Below, one piece after another: positions 13,024-28,900 of a stretch of 64,000 nt of DNA. How positions within the stretch are numbered: the stretch's first letter is position 1; every line of letters starts with the position of its first letter. Position numbers and translations under genes: made by a program. Origin of the DNA: Tubulanus polymorphus (lineage: Eukaryota; Animalia; Nemertea); the NCBI RefSeq assembly GCF_964204645.1, contig NC_134029.1:20578950-20642949 (forward strand), in the 5' to 3' direction. The notes beneath the pieces were generated by a model. The model did not search any database. It was not told the DNA's origin and saw only the letters and a list, made by a program, of their open reading frames with translations.

Positions 13024-13726
13024 ATTTAATTCAATTCAATTACAATTTTATTGCTGAATTTAAAACTTTCTAATTCTCATTATTTATAACATAAAAAACA
13101 ATATGATTACAGCCCTGTCAATTGAAGATTAACATGCTTTGTTTTTTTATTATTAAATATTCTATGTTTGAATCCCAATACGTAAATATCAGTGCAATAA
13201 AGTTTGACTTTATATTGACATGTTACTAATTGCAAATTGGCAGAGCCCGGTCACAGATTCAATTCAATCCAACAGTTATATTTAGTCTATTACGTGGCTT
13301 TTATTACTTGTCAAAAGAAGTAAGTATCGTCAAGTTTAGGACCGAAATTATGATTATCGATAATGATTAAATAATGCTGAAAAAATAAACCATCAATAAA
13401 TTAATGAAAGATTATCAGCTTTTGGTTTGGAAATCAATGAATAATTTTTTTTCCACAAAATTCATCCTTCCTTCCCTTTGCCCAGTCTTCAAACGTGTTG
13501 AAGACTTTTAACCTTTCTCATCATATCTGCTCTGAAAAAGATTGAATTAAAGAGAGTGAATTCAAGTAAAGATTTGTCGGACACTGTCAACAGCTAACCT
13601 TTTCTTGATTTATATTTAGATTTCTTCATTTGTTGCTACATGTTGATCATCTATCAAACTATTCAATATTGAATTTCATGAAAGGACTTCTATATTCTTC
13701 TTTAGGAAAGAGTTGACACACTCATA

Positions 13727-16692
13727 ATGTCGGATTCCGAAGAAGATTTTGCGAGTGCTGATGAAGGCGAAAATACCGAACGTGGACACAGAACGCGCAA
13801 GAACAGCGGCAGGTCGAAAAAATCGGGGTCATCGACGACGTCCCCTCCTAAATCGGCAACAACAGACCGTAAAGATGAAGAGGTGAAAGCGCCAATAGAA
13901 GTCGATTCAGTAAGTGGTAGTGAAGTAGTAGATGTTGTCTTAAATGAACCGCAATCTCAAGATATTCTTGATGAAAAGAATGAATCTCGTGAGCTTACAC
14001 CGACTAGAAACGTCGAACGGATGAAAGATGAGAGTCAACCGCTGGTAGATTCAGAAGCAGTAAGTCCGTGATGATATTGACAAAAATGTGTCGTATCTAA
14101 TTACTGTGATTTGCATCTCAGTAAAGCATATACATTTAATTTCAAACATTATATTTACAGGCATGTAATACCGATGGGGGTTGGACCTCTTCATTTGGAA
14201 ATTGGGGAAGTGCTTTTCTATCTACGGCAACGAAATCGATGTCTACCTTAACTCATTCAGTCGGTAAATAACATTCTAGATTATCATCTTGAAAAAAAGA
14301 ATCAACTTGAAATTTTTCAGTCGATAAATCTGATCCTTGGCTTTTAGAGGATGGTTTCCAGACGGTGCTAGATACTGTGGAGGCTACATTGGCCGTTCCT
14401 TCTCCAGAAGAAATGGCCGCGCAACAAGCGGCTGATGCTGCCAAAGAACACGATGCGGTGGAGGAAGAGGAGAAAGAAGGTGAAGAGAAGACTGATGAAA
14501 AGGGAGGAGGTTCAACAGTAGGAAGCTGGTTAGGTTGGGGAGCGGAAGGATTCTCAAATATCACTCACAAAGTCCAAGAAACGGTAAAGCAGTCGCAGAA
14601 AAATTACTGGCCAAAATGAAACCTCCTAAATAAAGCACTTATGATGATTTAATTGTTTTGATTTTTAGAGTAAAACGTTTGTACATGGGTCGCTTGATGT
14701 CTTAGAAGCTATTGGAAAGAAAACTGTCGATGCTTTAAAGGAGGGTGACCCCGGATTTCAGAAAACTAAAACAATGATGCATTCTGGAAGAAATAAACCA
14801 GTCCTATCAGAGGTAGGTACCTCTGTCTACATCATTGATGATTCCGTTAAATGGCTCAAGTATCTTATTACCACTTATTTCATATTCAGGTTCTCAGGGA
14901 AGCGAAGGAAACTGCGGAAAAGAATGCTGAGGCTGAAAAAGAATTCGAAGAATCAAGGAAGGCGAATTTCAGCGCTCAATTCGATGATGCACAAGGTACT
15001 ATTTAAATTCTAAGGCCAGAAGAAGGAAATTCTGTCTAATATAAGTACATATATAAAGCTGATATATCCATTACGTTGACCTCATATTCAGGTTTAGTGC
15101 ATCTGGAAGCTTTGGAAATGCTATCAAATGAAAGCGAAAGCAAAGTGCAGTCATTATTGTCAACGATGTCGGCCGACGTTTTAGAAAAACTTAAAACTGA
15201 ACTGATTCAAATCAAGGATCATTTTGAAATAGATGAAGTCGACGATGAAGGTAATTTTCTATGAGAAATGATCTCAGTACGTAGAGCCTTACCTTCTACT
15301 GAAAAAAGAAAAAGATATTAATTTATTCGTTTTTCACAGAGGAGACAGATGATCATGATTTTGTAAATTTGATTACCAATCATCTTAGTGACCTGCATAT
15401 CGAAGCATCACCCGATAAACTTCTCAAGGTAAAAAGCCTGTACCTCGCAGGGTTCATAGCAAGGCTCCAAAAATAAGTGCTTATTTTTTGAAAACATTTA
15501 GTAAAGCCCTTAAAAGTTACTTTTCACAAATATCAATAGGCAGCTTACTTTTGACTTCTGGCATCCCAAATTATGTTTTGGATAATCATATGTTATGGAC
15601 GAGTGGACAATCACGATGAGGGCCATGGTTTTCAATGCGTTACAGAAGACCATTCTTTTCTATTCTAAATTTTTCATGAGTGCTTGCTTATGCCTCAGCC
15701 TTACTACCATGAACCCTGTCTACGTCGATTCACCGGTTCACCATTTATATCGACAGTTCTTATTATAGTCTCAGTCAGACGGTCGAACACAGATAGAAAC
15801 GTGCAGCAACCTGACCGACGGCAAAGATATCCATCAACACGCAATCCAATCACTGGCTTTGATTACATCCCGCTCCGTCGAACAATTCCACAAAGCCGGA
15901 GAATTAATCCTTCTGCGTAAAAATCCGACTACCGATTTCAAAGTTCGCGCGCAAACAATATCAGAGTGAGTCGGAGACCTCGATTTTCGAATTTTGAAGT
16001 TTTTTTGCCTATTGTTATTCTATTATACCTGCGTTGATTTATGATTTTCAGTTTGACCAAAGTGATGTGTTCCGAAGTTGGAATTATATCGTCGAAATAT
16101 ACCGAAATCCTTAATTCAATTATTGTAAGTGCTGCTTATACAACGTACGTATCTGTAAACTCGTCATAGTCTGAGCACTCAACTGTGGGTATTTATATTT
16201 GTAGGAAAATGCCGAGGATAAAGATAGTATTAACCAGTACATTACGAATATCTATTTAGAGGTAAAGATTTATATCCATTCGGAAATAGCAGGGTCCGAT
16301 CTAAGGAATAAAAGCCACTTGCCTGTCTAGTACATCATAATCGGATTTAGTGCTTAGATCAGACCCTTAATAGCATATCAGGGTAGTTCATTGAAACGTG
16401 AGTAGGTATTAAAACAGTAAAGACCATCAGACTTGTGATGTGATCATTAAACACATATTCCTGATACTATCAAAACTTTTCCTTATTCTTTAGTTCTGAA
16501 ACTCATCCTCTAGGCTTCGTTTAAGCTTTGGTAATTACTATAGTTCCATAGACCAGATGGTGAAAAAATGATTAACAATATTCGTCTCTTTATATTCAGG
16601 CAACTAACAGCAGTACATACATTCAAGATGCATTCCAGTTGTTATTGCCAGTTTTACAACTAGCGGCAATTGAAATCCAGTCTGAAACTTAG
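13727..16692 (+). CDS. FAM114A2: FAM114A (Noxp20/FAM114A2-like) protein, multi-exon
   Basis: MSDSEEDFASADEGE start; GSLDVLEAIGKKTVDALKEGDPGF, FDDAQGLVHLEALEMLSNESE and [28 protein letters not shown] motifs across canonical exons. Confidence 0.85.
15448..15718. mobile_element. MITE in a FAM114A intron
   Basis: cagggttcat ... atgaaccctg termini; flanks tgtacctcg / tctacgtcg (7 of 9 identical). Confidence 0.6.
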
Positions 16693-17129
16693 CTCCATCC
16701 AAGAGATATCTGGTGAGAGAAGGAAATAATCAGAGCAGATTACTTAAAATATGAACGAATTCGATTACGTTTCACATTATTGGTCAGTCTTGCATTCCTT
16801 GATTTCGTGTATATACATGTAGATAATGAATTCAATATTTGGTTTGATTATATTATGGTTTCTTTCGAAGGTAAAGTTGATCTGAAAATATGTTACAAGC
16901 AAACTTATATCACCGTAATTACTGGTATAGGATGTTTTTTGAAGTGCAATGAAAATACTATCTCTACTGAGGGAATTTGAGACCGATATACGCGCTATTT
17001 GTGATTGGTTCTTTTATGATTATGTTGTAAAGTCTATTCTATTAAGCTTATTTTCAATACAAACAGTGCAGCGTAGCTCTGTTCTAACAGTTAGGTATAT
17101 CATAGACTATAGAAAAGTAGCTTATTGTT

Positions 17130-17344
17130 AGGCTAAAATAAAGATGATACCTTGTTTCCCATACAAATCGAACGCTTCAATTTTGTAAACTGCAATAAAA
17201 TTTCTATCTGTAACTGCTGGGTTTGTTATGGTTAGCTTCATCATGATTTAAAAAAAAAGTTGTGTACAGGGTAAGTAGGCAGACGGCTGGGTCAACTTTT
17301 AAGCTCAGCAGTAATGAGAAACAAGGTATCAATTTTCTTAGCCT
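17130..17344. mobile_element. MITE (Kolobok-like ends)
   Basis: aggctaa...tgataccttgtttc inverted as gaaacaaggtatca...ttagcct. Confidence 0.55.
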
Positions 17345-17723
17345 TATAGAGTAAATATATGAATTGATGTAAGCCATTTAAATGGTATTTGTGTGCCATA
17401 TGGCGGTTACATGTTAACTGTGAAATTAGATTTAAACTATTGATCAAACAATCGAAATAAATGTGATATCTATGAATACGTATAGTTGCTTAAGACTAAT
17501 GGTATCGGTTAGTCCTGCACATAGCTCAGTTGAAGCCAAATATAGGATTCAAATAATCCAGTTATTGAGAATTTAATTATCAGATCATGATGAAAACAGT
17601 TTAAAACTATAGATAGTTCTTCGAACATTTAGCTTGGTGGTAATAATTTGGTCAGTCTTATTAGACTTCTTATACCAATACATTTGAGAGGGCTTCAATA
17701 TCATTCTTACAGCAAATGCATTT

Positions 17724-17938
17724 AGGGGTCGTCCATTTATTACATACGCAAGGTCAACGTTTGCCACACGTAGATACTGATGATCTTTCTTTTAAAACAT
17801 TGAAAGTTATAAGCAAAGGTCTCTTGGGAAACATTAGCACCTACCCATGGAGGGGGCAAAAGCGTTCTGTACCGATGTGTACAAGGGGTGTATATGAATT
17901 CAGCAATGCTTTGTGTACATAATAAATGGATGTCCCCT
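17724..17938. mobile_element. MITE (Harbinger-like ends)
   Basis: aggggtcgtccatttatta ... taataaatggatgtcccct inverted termini. Confidence 0.55.
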
Positions 17939-18476
17939 ATAGATGAGTAAAATCAATGTTCTGTACCTGATCTGGACAGAATCCGATGTGTATCTTGTGA
18001 TAAATATGGGAAATACTAAGGTATAAATATGATGTTATAGGCTCAAGAGTAGACTGATAATTCTTCCAAATAAATGTATAGATATCTAGTCATATTTTAT
18101 CGTTGTCTATTGGTAGATGAGCCACACATTGCTGTTTGAATACTTATGATATCCGTGAAAGATACAGCAAAATGATCATCACCAAATATTTCGAAATCAA
18201 AATTTCAACAAATGAAAACTACTGCATTTATTATCAATCGCGTGTATCGTTTATTAACAATGGATTCAAAATCATATACAATCGATATTCATTTTCTAAG
18301 TACATGGAGGTTGGAGTTCTATGACTAGAATTCATAACAACGCACAGACATTCCACGCATGCATTTAAATTCGGACCGACACCAAAGATCTCCGAAGCAC
18401 AAGGAGCTTGGCACTCTCGGAAACAGAGATGATCCAAAACTTTCAAACTCATGTCTTCCGTATCTAAAGATCTCGT

Positions 18477-21204
<2,728 letters not shown>

Positions 21205-21604
21205 TTTTTCTGTGGAATTTTCATCAAAATTTGCAACCCGGAAGTAAAATAGGGGTGCTAGGACTGTTTCACAGACGGTAAAAGACTTCATTGAATTGGA
21301 TTGAAATTGCTGGGTAATCGGGTTCGAATCCCATATTTACATGCGCTAAGCGATTGATTCTACTATCGGAATTGTCCTGTAGGTGATGTGAAATGACAGA
21401 TGATGATCAACAAGGAAAACTAACAAAACAGAACTATGTAATTTCGAATTATTTCAAATTTACAATATATTTTACAAATAAATTTCAACAAATATCTATT
21501 CAATGAAACACTATTCCATCACGGTATCTATTCTATCCACATCACCACATAAGCCGGAGACACAAATAGCCCTCACTGGCCTCCATCTATCGTGATGACA
21601 ACGA

Positions 21605-21907
21605 TCATACTCCCAACTTTGATTTTCGTATCGAATCTCTCTCTTCAGGGGGAGGTAAAGCGGGGTTTACACCGGCACGCCTTCGTTCCTTTGTTACTTG
21701 TGACCAAAAATCGCGACATTTTCTATAATTTAAAAAATGTAAGCTACATTTTTCGCGATCGTAACCGCTGTCACTCATGCATTTCATCGATAAGTTCTGT
21801 TCGCGCATGCACGGGTTCGTTTCAGCGTCTAGATTTTTTGTGGCTTTCTGAATACGTTGCTGTCTCTCCTCCTCGGTTTTCGATCGTTTGTCTTTATCAA
21901 TAAACAT
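21605..21907 (-). CDS. CHCHD7: Coiled-coil-helix domain protein 7 (COX23-like twin CX9C mitochondrial protein)
   Basis: NPCMREQNLSMKCMSDSGYDREKCSLHFLNYRKCRDFW twin CX9C motif and RRRAGVNPALPPPEER tail; first in-frame ATG at 21907 (the ORF track starts at a TTG). Confidence 0.88.
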   Translation of the reverse strand: MFIDKDKRSKTEEERQQRIQKATKNLDAETNPCMREQNLSMKCMSDSGYDREKCSLHFLNYRKCRDFWSQVTKERRRAGVNPALPPPEERDSIRKSKLGV

Positions 21908-24900
21908 TTTGAGTGCGTCTATGTATACTTTCAACGGCAGAGCGGGGCTGCATGTATCTGAAAATGATCGATGTGAAATTAAATAAACGACATAGATTGG
22001 CCCAGTCTGTCTTATAAGCCAACCAGATGTTGTTTTGCTTAGAACGAAACTGCCAGCATCTGATTAGCATAATATACACGGACTGGTGGCTGCAAGCAAC
22101 AACTTGTCCACCCAAGAAATCTTGGCCCTGCCCTTGGGCCATGGAATGAATGAAGTGCGGCAATTGTTGCTGGTGCAAGCTTCGGTAGAAGGTAGGCCTA
22201 ATCAAACCCTGGCAGGCAAATAACTGTTGTATCTGTAATTTTTTCGTTGGCGAAACCACTTCCGGCATTTTCTGTCAATTGCAGAGAGAGGGTGAAATTG
22301 TCCATTATGGGAATATCCCGGGCGTACATTGTCTGGATCTGGTAAGAAGTATACTACTGGTATTGGAGTACGAGATTGATCAGACATAAGAGATGGATTG
22401 CGTATTTACTCTGATCCGAGAGTGTATCTACTCCCTCCAGGCAACGTCGGGTTTCTGTTTCTGTATGATACATCGCTGCATCCAAATGTGGCTTAAATGT
22501 AACAGGAGAGAGAGATAAACTTTAGGCGCTGGTTTGTGAGATATTTTTAGCACAGACTGTCCAGAGAGAGGCTGGCTAGGGAATCTCTCAGAGGAATCGG
22601 TTGGTCTGGTAATGAAAAATAAATTGAGACTTCGACTGTCAGACTGACAGTAGTGTTCGCGAGTTGTTGTACTGACACCCAATTATTCATGAAGTTCTTA
22701 ATTACATAGTTAACAAACTGTAACTTACAAATACTTTCAAGAAATGTCGGAATATCAATGGTTTTTTCTTCGGCTTTTTCCTTCACAGTCTTCGTCCTTG
22801 AGTTTCCTGATGATTTCGTAACCTTATCCCCACTTGCCAGATAACGCGCTTTATCCGTTCGTACGGAACCGTGTACGGATAACTCCGAAGGCCGCTCTTC
22901 GTACGCACCGGCGTAATTGGACGCACGGACAACATAAAACTCAATCGTTCCTTCCGAATTTCTGACGTAATGCGATATTTTGTTATATTCTTTTAAAAAG
23001 TGTTTCGAGGAGGGTGCGATTTCCCGCGAGGTACCGATATGAAAATTCTGAGCTACACATAGATTTTTTGAGAAATAAATTATTTCCAATTTTCACCGAT
23101 CCCAGTGTAAAAGGTCCGTACTGATATTTTGAGTATTGCTATTTTCAGAATCACTGACGGACCTTGCTTTAGTATTGCGGCACAAGAACAGATTATTGTT
23201 TTGAAATGCAGCGTTTTTGGGGGAGGTGAACGTCCGTCGGGCACAAAATGCTCAGTGCTTGGCCTCTAACTAAATTCAAATTTTGGTGGGCCTTGATAGA
23301 AAAGATCTTGACGGATATTAAACTGGTTTCCTTTTTAAGCAAACAACAACAGATTTTAATATTGTATATGCAGGTTTTTATTATATGCACCGCCCTGATG
23401 CCTGGGATACGGCACCAGCAGTTTGAATGACAAAACAGTTTGCATACAATGATTTGGGAAGCAGCAAAAATGACTGAAACTGACATCTATGCCTTTAAGT
23501 CCCGTGAGTACCCTTCGAAAGCTCTATCCATGTTCCGTACGAATAGCTTCGGAATTATCCGTACGAACAGCCACTTTCTAAGCGGGCTTGTATCATGTTC
23601 TAATCACAAAAATACAGGATGAACTGAATTCCGAATCCGGCGTCCTGGGGCCGAGCCCGGTGCATTGGCTGAAAGCGTATCGTTCTGGAACGATACGTAT
23701 ATCGTATCGTATTGTATCGCATTGTATTGTATGGTGTCGGATTGAATACAAATGCTGCTTTGACTATATCATCAATGAGTAAAGTTCTATCGAAATGAAA
23801 TTTATCACAGAAGAATACGACATTTAACAACTATTTGATCATCAAAATATTTTATTCATGATTTTTCAATAAATAAAAACTTTCGTTAGTACACGCACTT
23901 GAAAATCATCTCACGATAACAGAGTTGAGTAGATTATAGTAAACTAGATAAAATATGATAAGAACTAATGTTATTTCTGATGAGATTCATGCAAATATTC
24001 CAAACTAACACGTTCAGGTTTCCATGGTAGCATATTGAGATACTTGCATTAGCAAGCGGGAACCAGCACCTGGTCTGCGGTTTAGTTTTGTGATTGGATA
24101 CACAGCCTATTGATTATGCAAGCTTGGGGGCACCAAAGGTTGGCCATGAAGTATCCAGACAATGAGTGCCAATAGTCAGGATACTATGGATTTCATAATA
24201 TTCCCTGGGATCACAGTAGAATCAATATAAAACCAGACTAATAACAGTTCTGACTACCATTGAATTTCTTATTGAATCTAGAATCGAACATCCAATTCAA
24301 ACTGTGGAATGGTCCTTAGAGTATAGTCTGGTGGTGAGCGTGCAAGGTAGTTTTCAAAATAAAGAAAAAGCAGAGAAAATCGAATAAATGAATCAAAAGC
24401 AGTCTTTTTTATTTCATTTCACAATAGTCTAAATGGCCAGCCATCACAGAGCAATATAAAACACGACTAAATGATTATCCAGTAAATTCAATATTTCGTA
24501 ACCTAAATAGAATCATTAAATTCAACAGATCAGTATTTCGGAAATTAACATAGGGGCTCTGAATAACTTCTTGACCAGCTTCCTAAAATACTAGATAATA
24601 ACAATTTGCATTTTTTAACTAGTTTGGAGCAATGAAATACACCCATTGCCACTGAAACCCCCTAGTCACCGCTAAAATTTCAGCAAAACTGTAACTTTTT
24701 AACCGCTCTGTTGTCATAAAAAAAGCTAAATGGCATAAATTGATTTTTAAAGTGATTTTTCAAACAATAACTAGAATTTTGCCATTTTAACCTTATACCT
24801 TATCAGCGTCCGATCTAAGCACTTGCCTGATTGCCCGTGACAAATATATATTTTCATTCGGACGTGTAGGTTATCATTATCACTTGTCTACCGGGTTAGA

Positions 24901-25943
24901 GCAATTTTATGTCTCAAAGTCTTTTTTCTCACTCGATACAACAGATGATTGTGCCACCAATCGGACTGCCTTTGTAGAGCAAGTTGATTTTCGAGGGGGC
25001 AAATTAAATTTCAGATATAAGGATATATTTCAGATATATTCAGGGCAAGTGGATTTTACTCCTTAGATCGAAGCCTGCCTATAAATCAGTTTTTTTTTAC
25101 AATGTTATATTAACATGCGATACATAAAAAGACGAATGTATACATTTTGAATAATCTAAAAGAACACTGTAAAATATGATAACCATGAAGCACATACGTT
25201 CAATGTATATAATACCAGGGAAGTGTACACTTCCCTGATAATACACAGTAAACATTACTAAAAATGTTTCTATTCGATCGAAACAAGGAGGTGGGAGAGC
25301 CCCCCCTAATATGAATGACTAGAATATCAAGTCCCAGAGTTATATTACATATGAACTATGAACTATGAATTACACAACAACGAATGAAAACAGAGGTAAA
25401 TTACAATTTGTGTACAAATATAACACACAGCGGTTCCGTTTTTAAAGGTCGATTTTTAATGTTGTACATCGATTTTCATATGAGTTCATTCGGATACAAA
25501 AATAGATTCAGTGATTTACAAAAAAAAATGTAAAATGTATAATACGCCTTCAGCTGCTTTAAAAATGTATAATTACATCGCTTTTGTTACCAAAATATTG
25601 TAGCAGATTGTTAACTGGCAATTCAATACATTATGAACGATCTGATATGGAGATAAAAGATAAAAGTATTGGAAAAATTTATGAACGTTTTCGGTTCAGA
25701 AGCTGACTATGAAAAGTAACGTTACAGGTTATCAAATTGACTGTGTAAGCCGTGAATAAAATGCCTCTCCATTCCCATAAACTAAGACTAAGCCTACACC
25801 GAAATTCAATTATCTATTAATGAATAGATTGCTCATAAATCCCAGCTAATGATCTATAGATTAACCATGCACCGATTAATCCTTGAGCTTTAGTTCTAGT
25901 CACAAATGTTCACCGTATTACTTCTAAATAGCCTGCCGATAAT

Positions 25944-28900
25944 TCATGAAATGCCATTGCAGTCGTCTTCTTCGACAATCTTTAAAGGCGATTCTAAACT
26001 ATTTCTGTGTTCGTTATCCACTAATCTAAAAGCCTCTAAAAATTCATTAAAATCAATATGTCCATCGTTGTTCATATCGATGCTTTTAGCCATGTCTTCG
26101 ACGTAAGATGCCGAGATAGGCGTGCGAATGTGACGACTCAGTATTTTACAAGCATCGGCAAATTCTTCCATTGATATCTGACCTGAAATATTGACCAGAA
26201 AAATGAAGTCATCGGTAATAATAGAGATAATTCTGAATTCATAATGATTGATAAACATATAGATGCAGTTGAGTGCCTACAACGATTATTCACACTATGG
26301 TGTAACATTATGCATCCATGATCATACTTTTACATAATAGTACCATAGTATTCTTTTATGTAATTTTGTTTGTATAATCGTGTTGTATTCAAGGGAAAAT
26401 GAAATTATCATAATCAATTATTACCATTATCATTATCATTATCATCATAGTGATATCTGATCAGCTTAGCCTAACCCGATCGAATTCGTTAGGTAGTTTT
26501 TTGTAAAATAATTGGTAAAAGTTCTACGTACCCGAATTATCTTTATCAATCGCTCGAAAGATCATCTCTAAACTGTTTCTGTTCCTATACAAAACTTCAG
26601 TGACAGTTTGTCCTTTCTATAAAAAATATGCAAAGAAAAGATCATGTTAATGGATAGGGTATAGCTACGAGCAATTAGTTGAAATAATTGCTCGTAGGGT
26701 ATAGGTACCGCAAGACGCACTCATAATACTTGTCAGCTGATCACATAGAAGCCTACCTCGGTGTATTTGTTTTTCAGTTTGAAATTTTCAAACGAAGACA
26801 AATAGCTAACCGATCCATCTTTATTTAGTTTAACGATTTGCGGGCGCAGCGTTCTCCATGGAAGACCAAGTTGAGTGACGAACTCCACAGCATGACACCA
26901 ATCGTTCACGCTGATCGAACCTTGATTATATTAAAGACAAAAAAAAAACATTCAATGAAATGTAATTTCAGGTGATAGTTCAATTTGCCTTTCATGTGTT
27001 CAATTTATTCGTTTAAAAATCAACTGCATTTGAATTTTCGTAGGAACTAAATCAATAAGTTTCAGAAAAGATGTTTCTACATGTATCTATTTTTACTATG
27101 GGTCACAAGAAGTTCAATCAATCACACTCATATAATGATGATCTACTGCGTGAGAAACACTGTTAGAAAACTGATGAAAAAGAAACAAGATAGAGACAGT
27201 AATTCAAGCCATGAAAATAACTAAGTGGAAAGGAGATGAGGGAAATGGTAGACTTTGCAGTGCAGGACTAATTACCTGTGTTACTGGGGTCAAACTTTTT
27301 AAACGCTTCAATCAGTTCAGATTTCAGAGCAATTAATTTACTTCGCAGATCACGCATAGCCGATGATTCCACCAGACTCACCCTATTTCAAAGAGATAGA
27401 CCAATTTGGAATCTTTAAACATTTTTCTCAGAAAGTTCTAGTACACGAGAGACTGGTATTGAATCTGTTTACCGTTGAGTAATAGTCAGTTTTCGTGTCT
27501 GAGCTTTTGAGCTTTGAAATTGTACTAAATGAGGTTTCAGATCTGTACCGAGTTTTACATATGCTCCTTTATTGCTGCCATATTCATAATAATTTGAAGC
27601 TGAGAAGACTGTCAATACCTGGAAAAATAGAGGACCGGACTCACAACAGTGGAACTGGATCCTGGATATTTTCCATTTAGACTTATAAGACGAGATGATT
27701 GTATAACTGACTTCATGTCTGTAAATGTAACTTACTTGGTTGTCATGCATGAATTCGTAGCCATCGATTTTACACTCGTGAGACCGAATCAATAATTGAT
27801 AGCCGTGTTTTTGCAATATTTGCTTGGTAACATCCGGACCGAAATAACTGCCACCACCTCGGAACGTGTTCGGTGAACAACCTTTCTTCACTCGGGGATC
27901 GCTCCATAAAATATCTAATACCTGGAAGAAAAGATATCATTACCACAATTTCGGATGAAGTATATGGGCAGATCTAGGAGAATTGTAAGGCCAAGTTCCG
28001 AAAGAGAAGAAAAGGCAGTTCTCCGATAAAGCAGCCATGTCAAAGCCCAGTAGTGGAGTCCCTCCATTTAAGGTTAGATACATTTGAAGAAATCCATCCT
28101 AAAAGATGCAGATTTCCTAGAGGATGAATGTCAAATTTACAAGTCATCACAATCTCTGTCATGACAAAAAGTGCAACCTCCATGGGAAGGCAGGGGTGCG
28201 GGCAACTAGAGACCACCCCCTAAATCCGCCCCTGAAAATGTGAGGAAATTATTTCCATTTAAGATAATTTCTAAGAAGAATTAGATTGACATAAAGATGA
28301 TCACTATAACATACTTGTCTCCAGTCATTAAAATCGACAATGGAATCTTCATCAGCATCGCTGTCTTCATCTCCAAGTGGCGGCTGTAACACCGATATAA
28401 ACTACAATACAGAATACAAGAAAACCCTTCATTACATTATCAGAAATACTACATGTACAGGCCTACATGTTTTCTATTGCTTCAAGCTGATTTCGTCTAT
28501 TCACACCTTATGGCGATCGACTTTTCCCAATTTCTTTATATCCGTTCTAGTCGAAATTCCACCATGACAAACAAGGATCTTTCCATCAATCACTGTCGCC
28601 AACGGCAACCAACTGAAGATGTCTTCAAATAAGCGAATGATTTTTGACGCGTTGTCCTGAAATTCAATTGAAATGTAAATATGACTGCATTCGCATACAA
28701 ACTATAAATTCCGCGAAGCAATACAAATGTTTGCTTTGCAATTATCTTACTTAGAAAATAGTTTTCAGGAAATTCTAATGAAATAGAATTTTGACGCTAT
28801 TTCGCTTCAGGGGGCGTCTGGAGTATATTTGTGGTATTTTTATTGACTTGAATTTTAAGGTGTCTTATATGTTTTTTTTTTTATTTTGAAAAGGCCAAGA

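Noticed and set aside
21290-21340. tRNA-like ggttcgaatccc
   Set aside because: No A box or cloverleaf can be built around it.
21990-23100. Several 60-180 aa minus-strand ORFs upstream of CHCHD7
   Set aside because: No recognisable motifs in the frames I translated; part overlaps an inverted-repeat element, so probably decayed repeat or UTR sequence.
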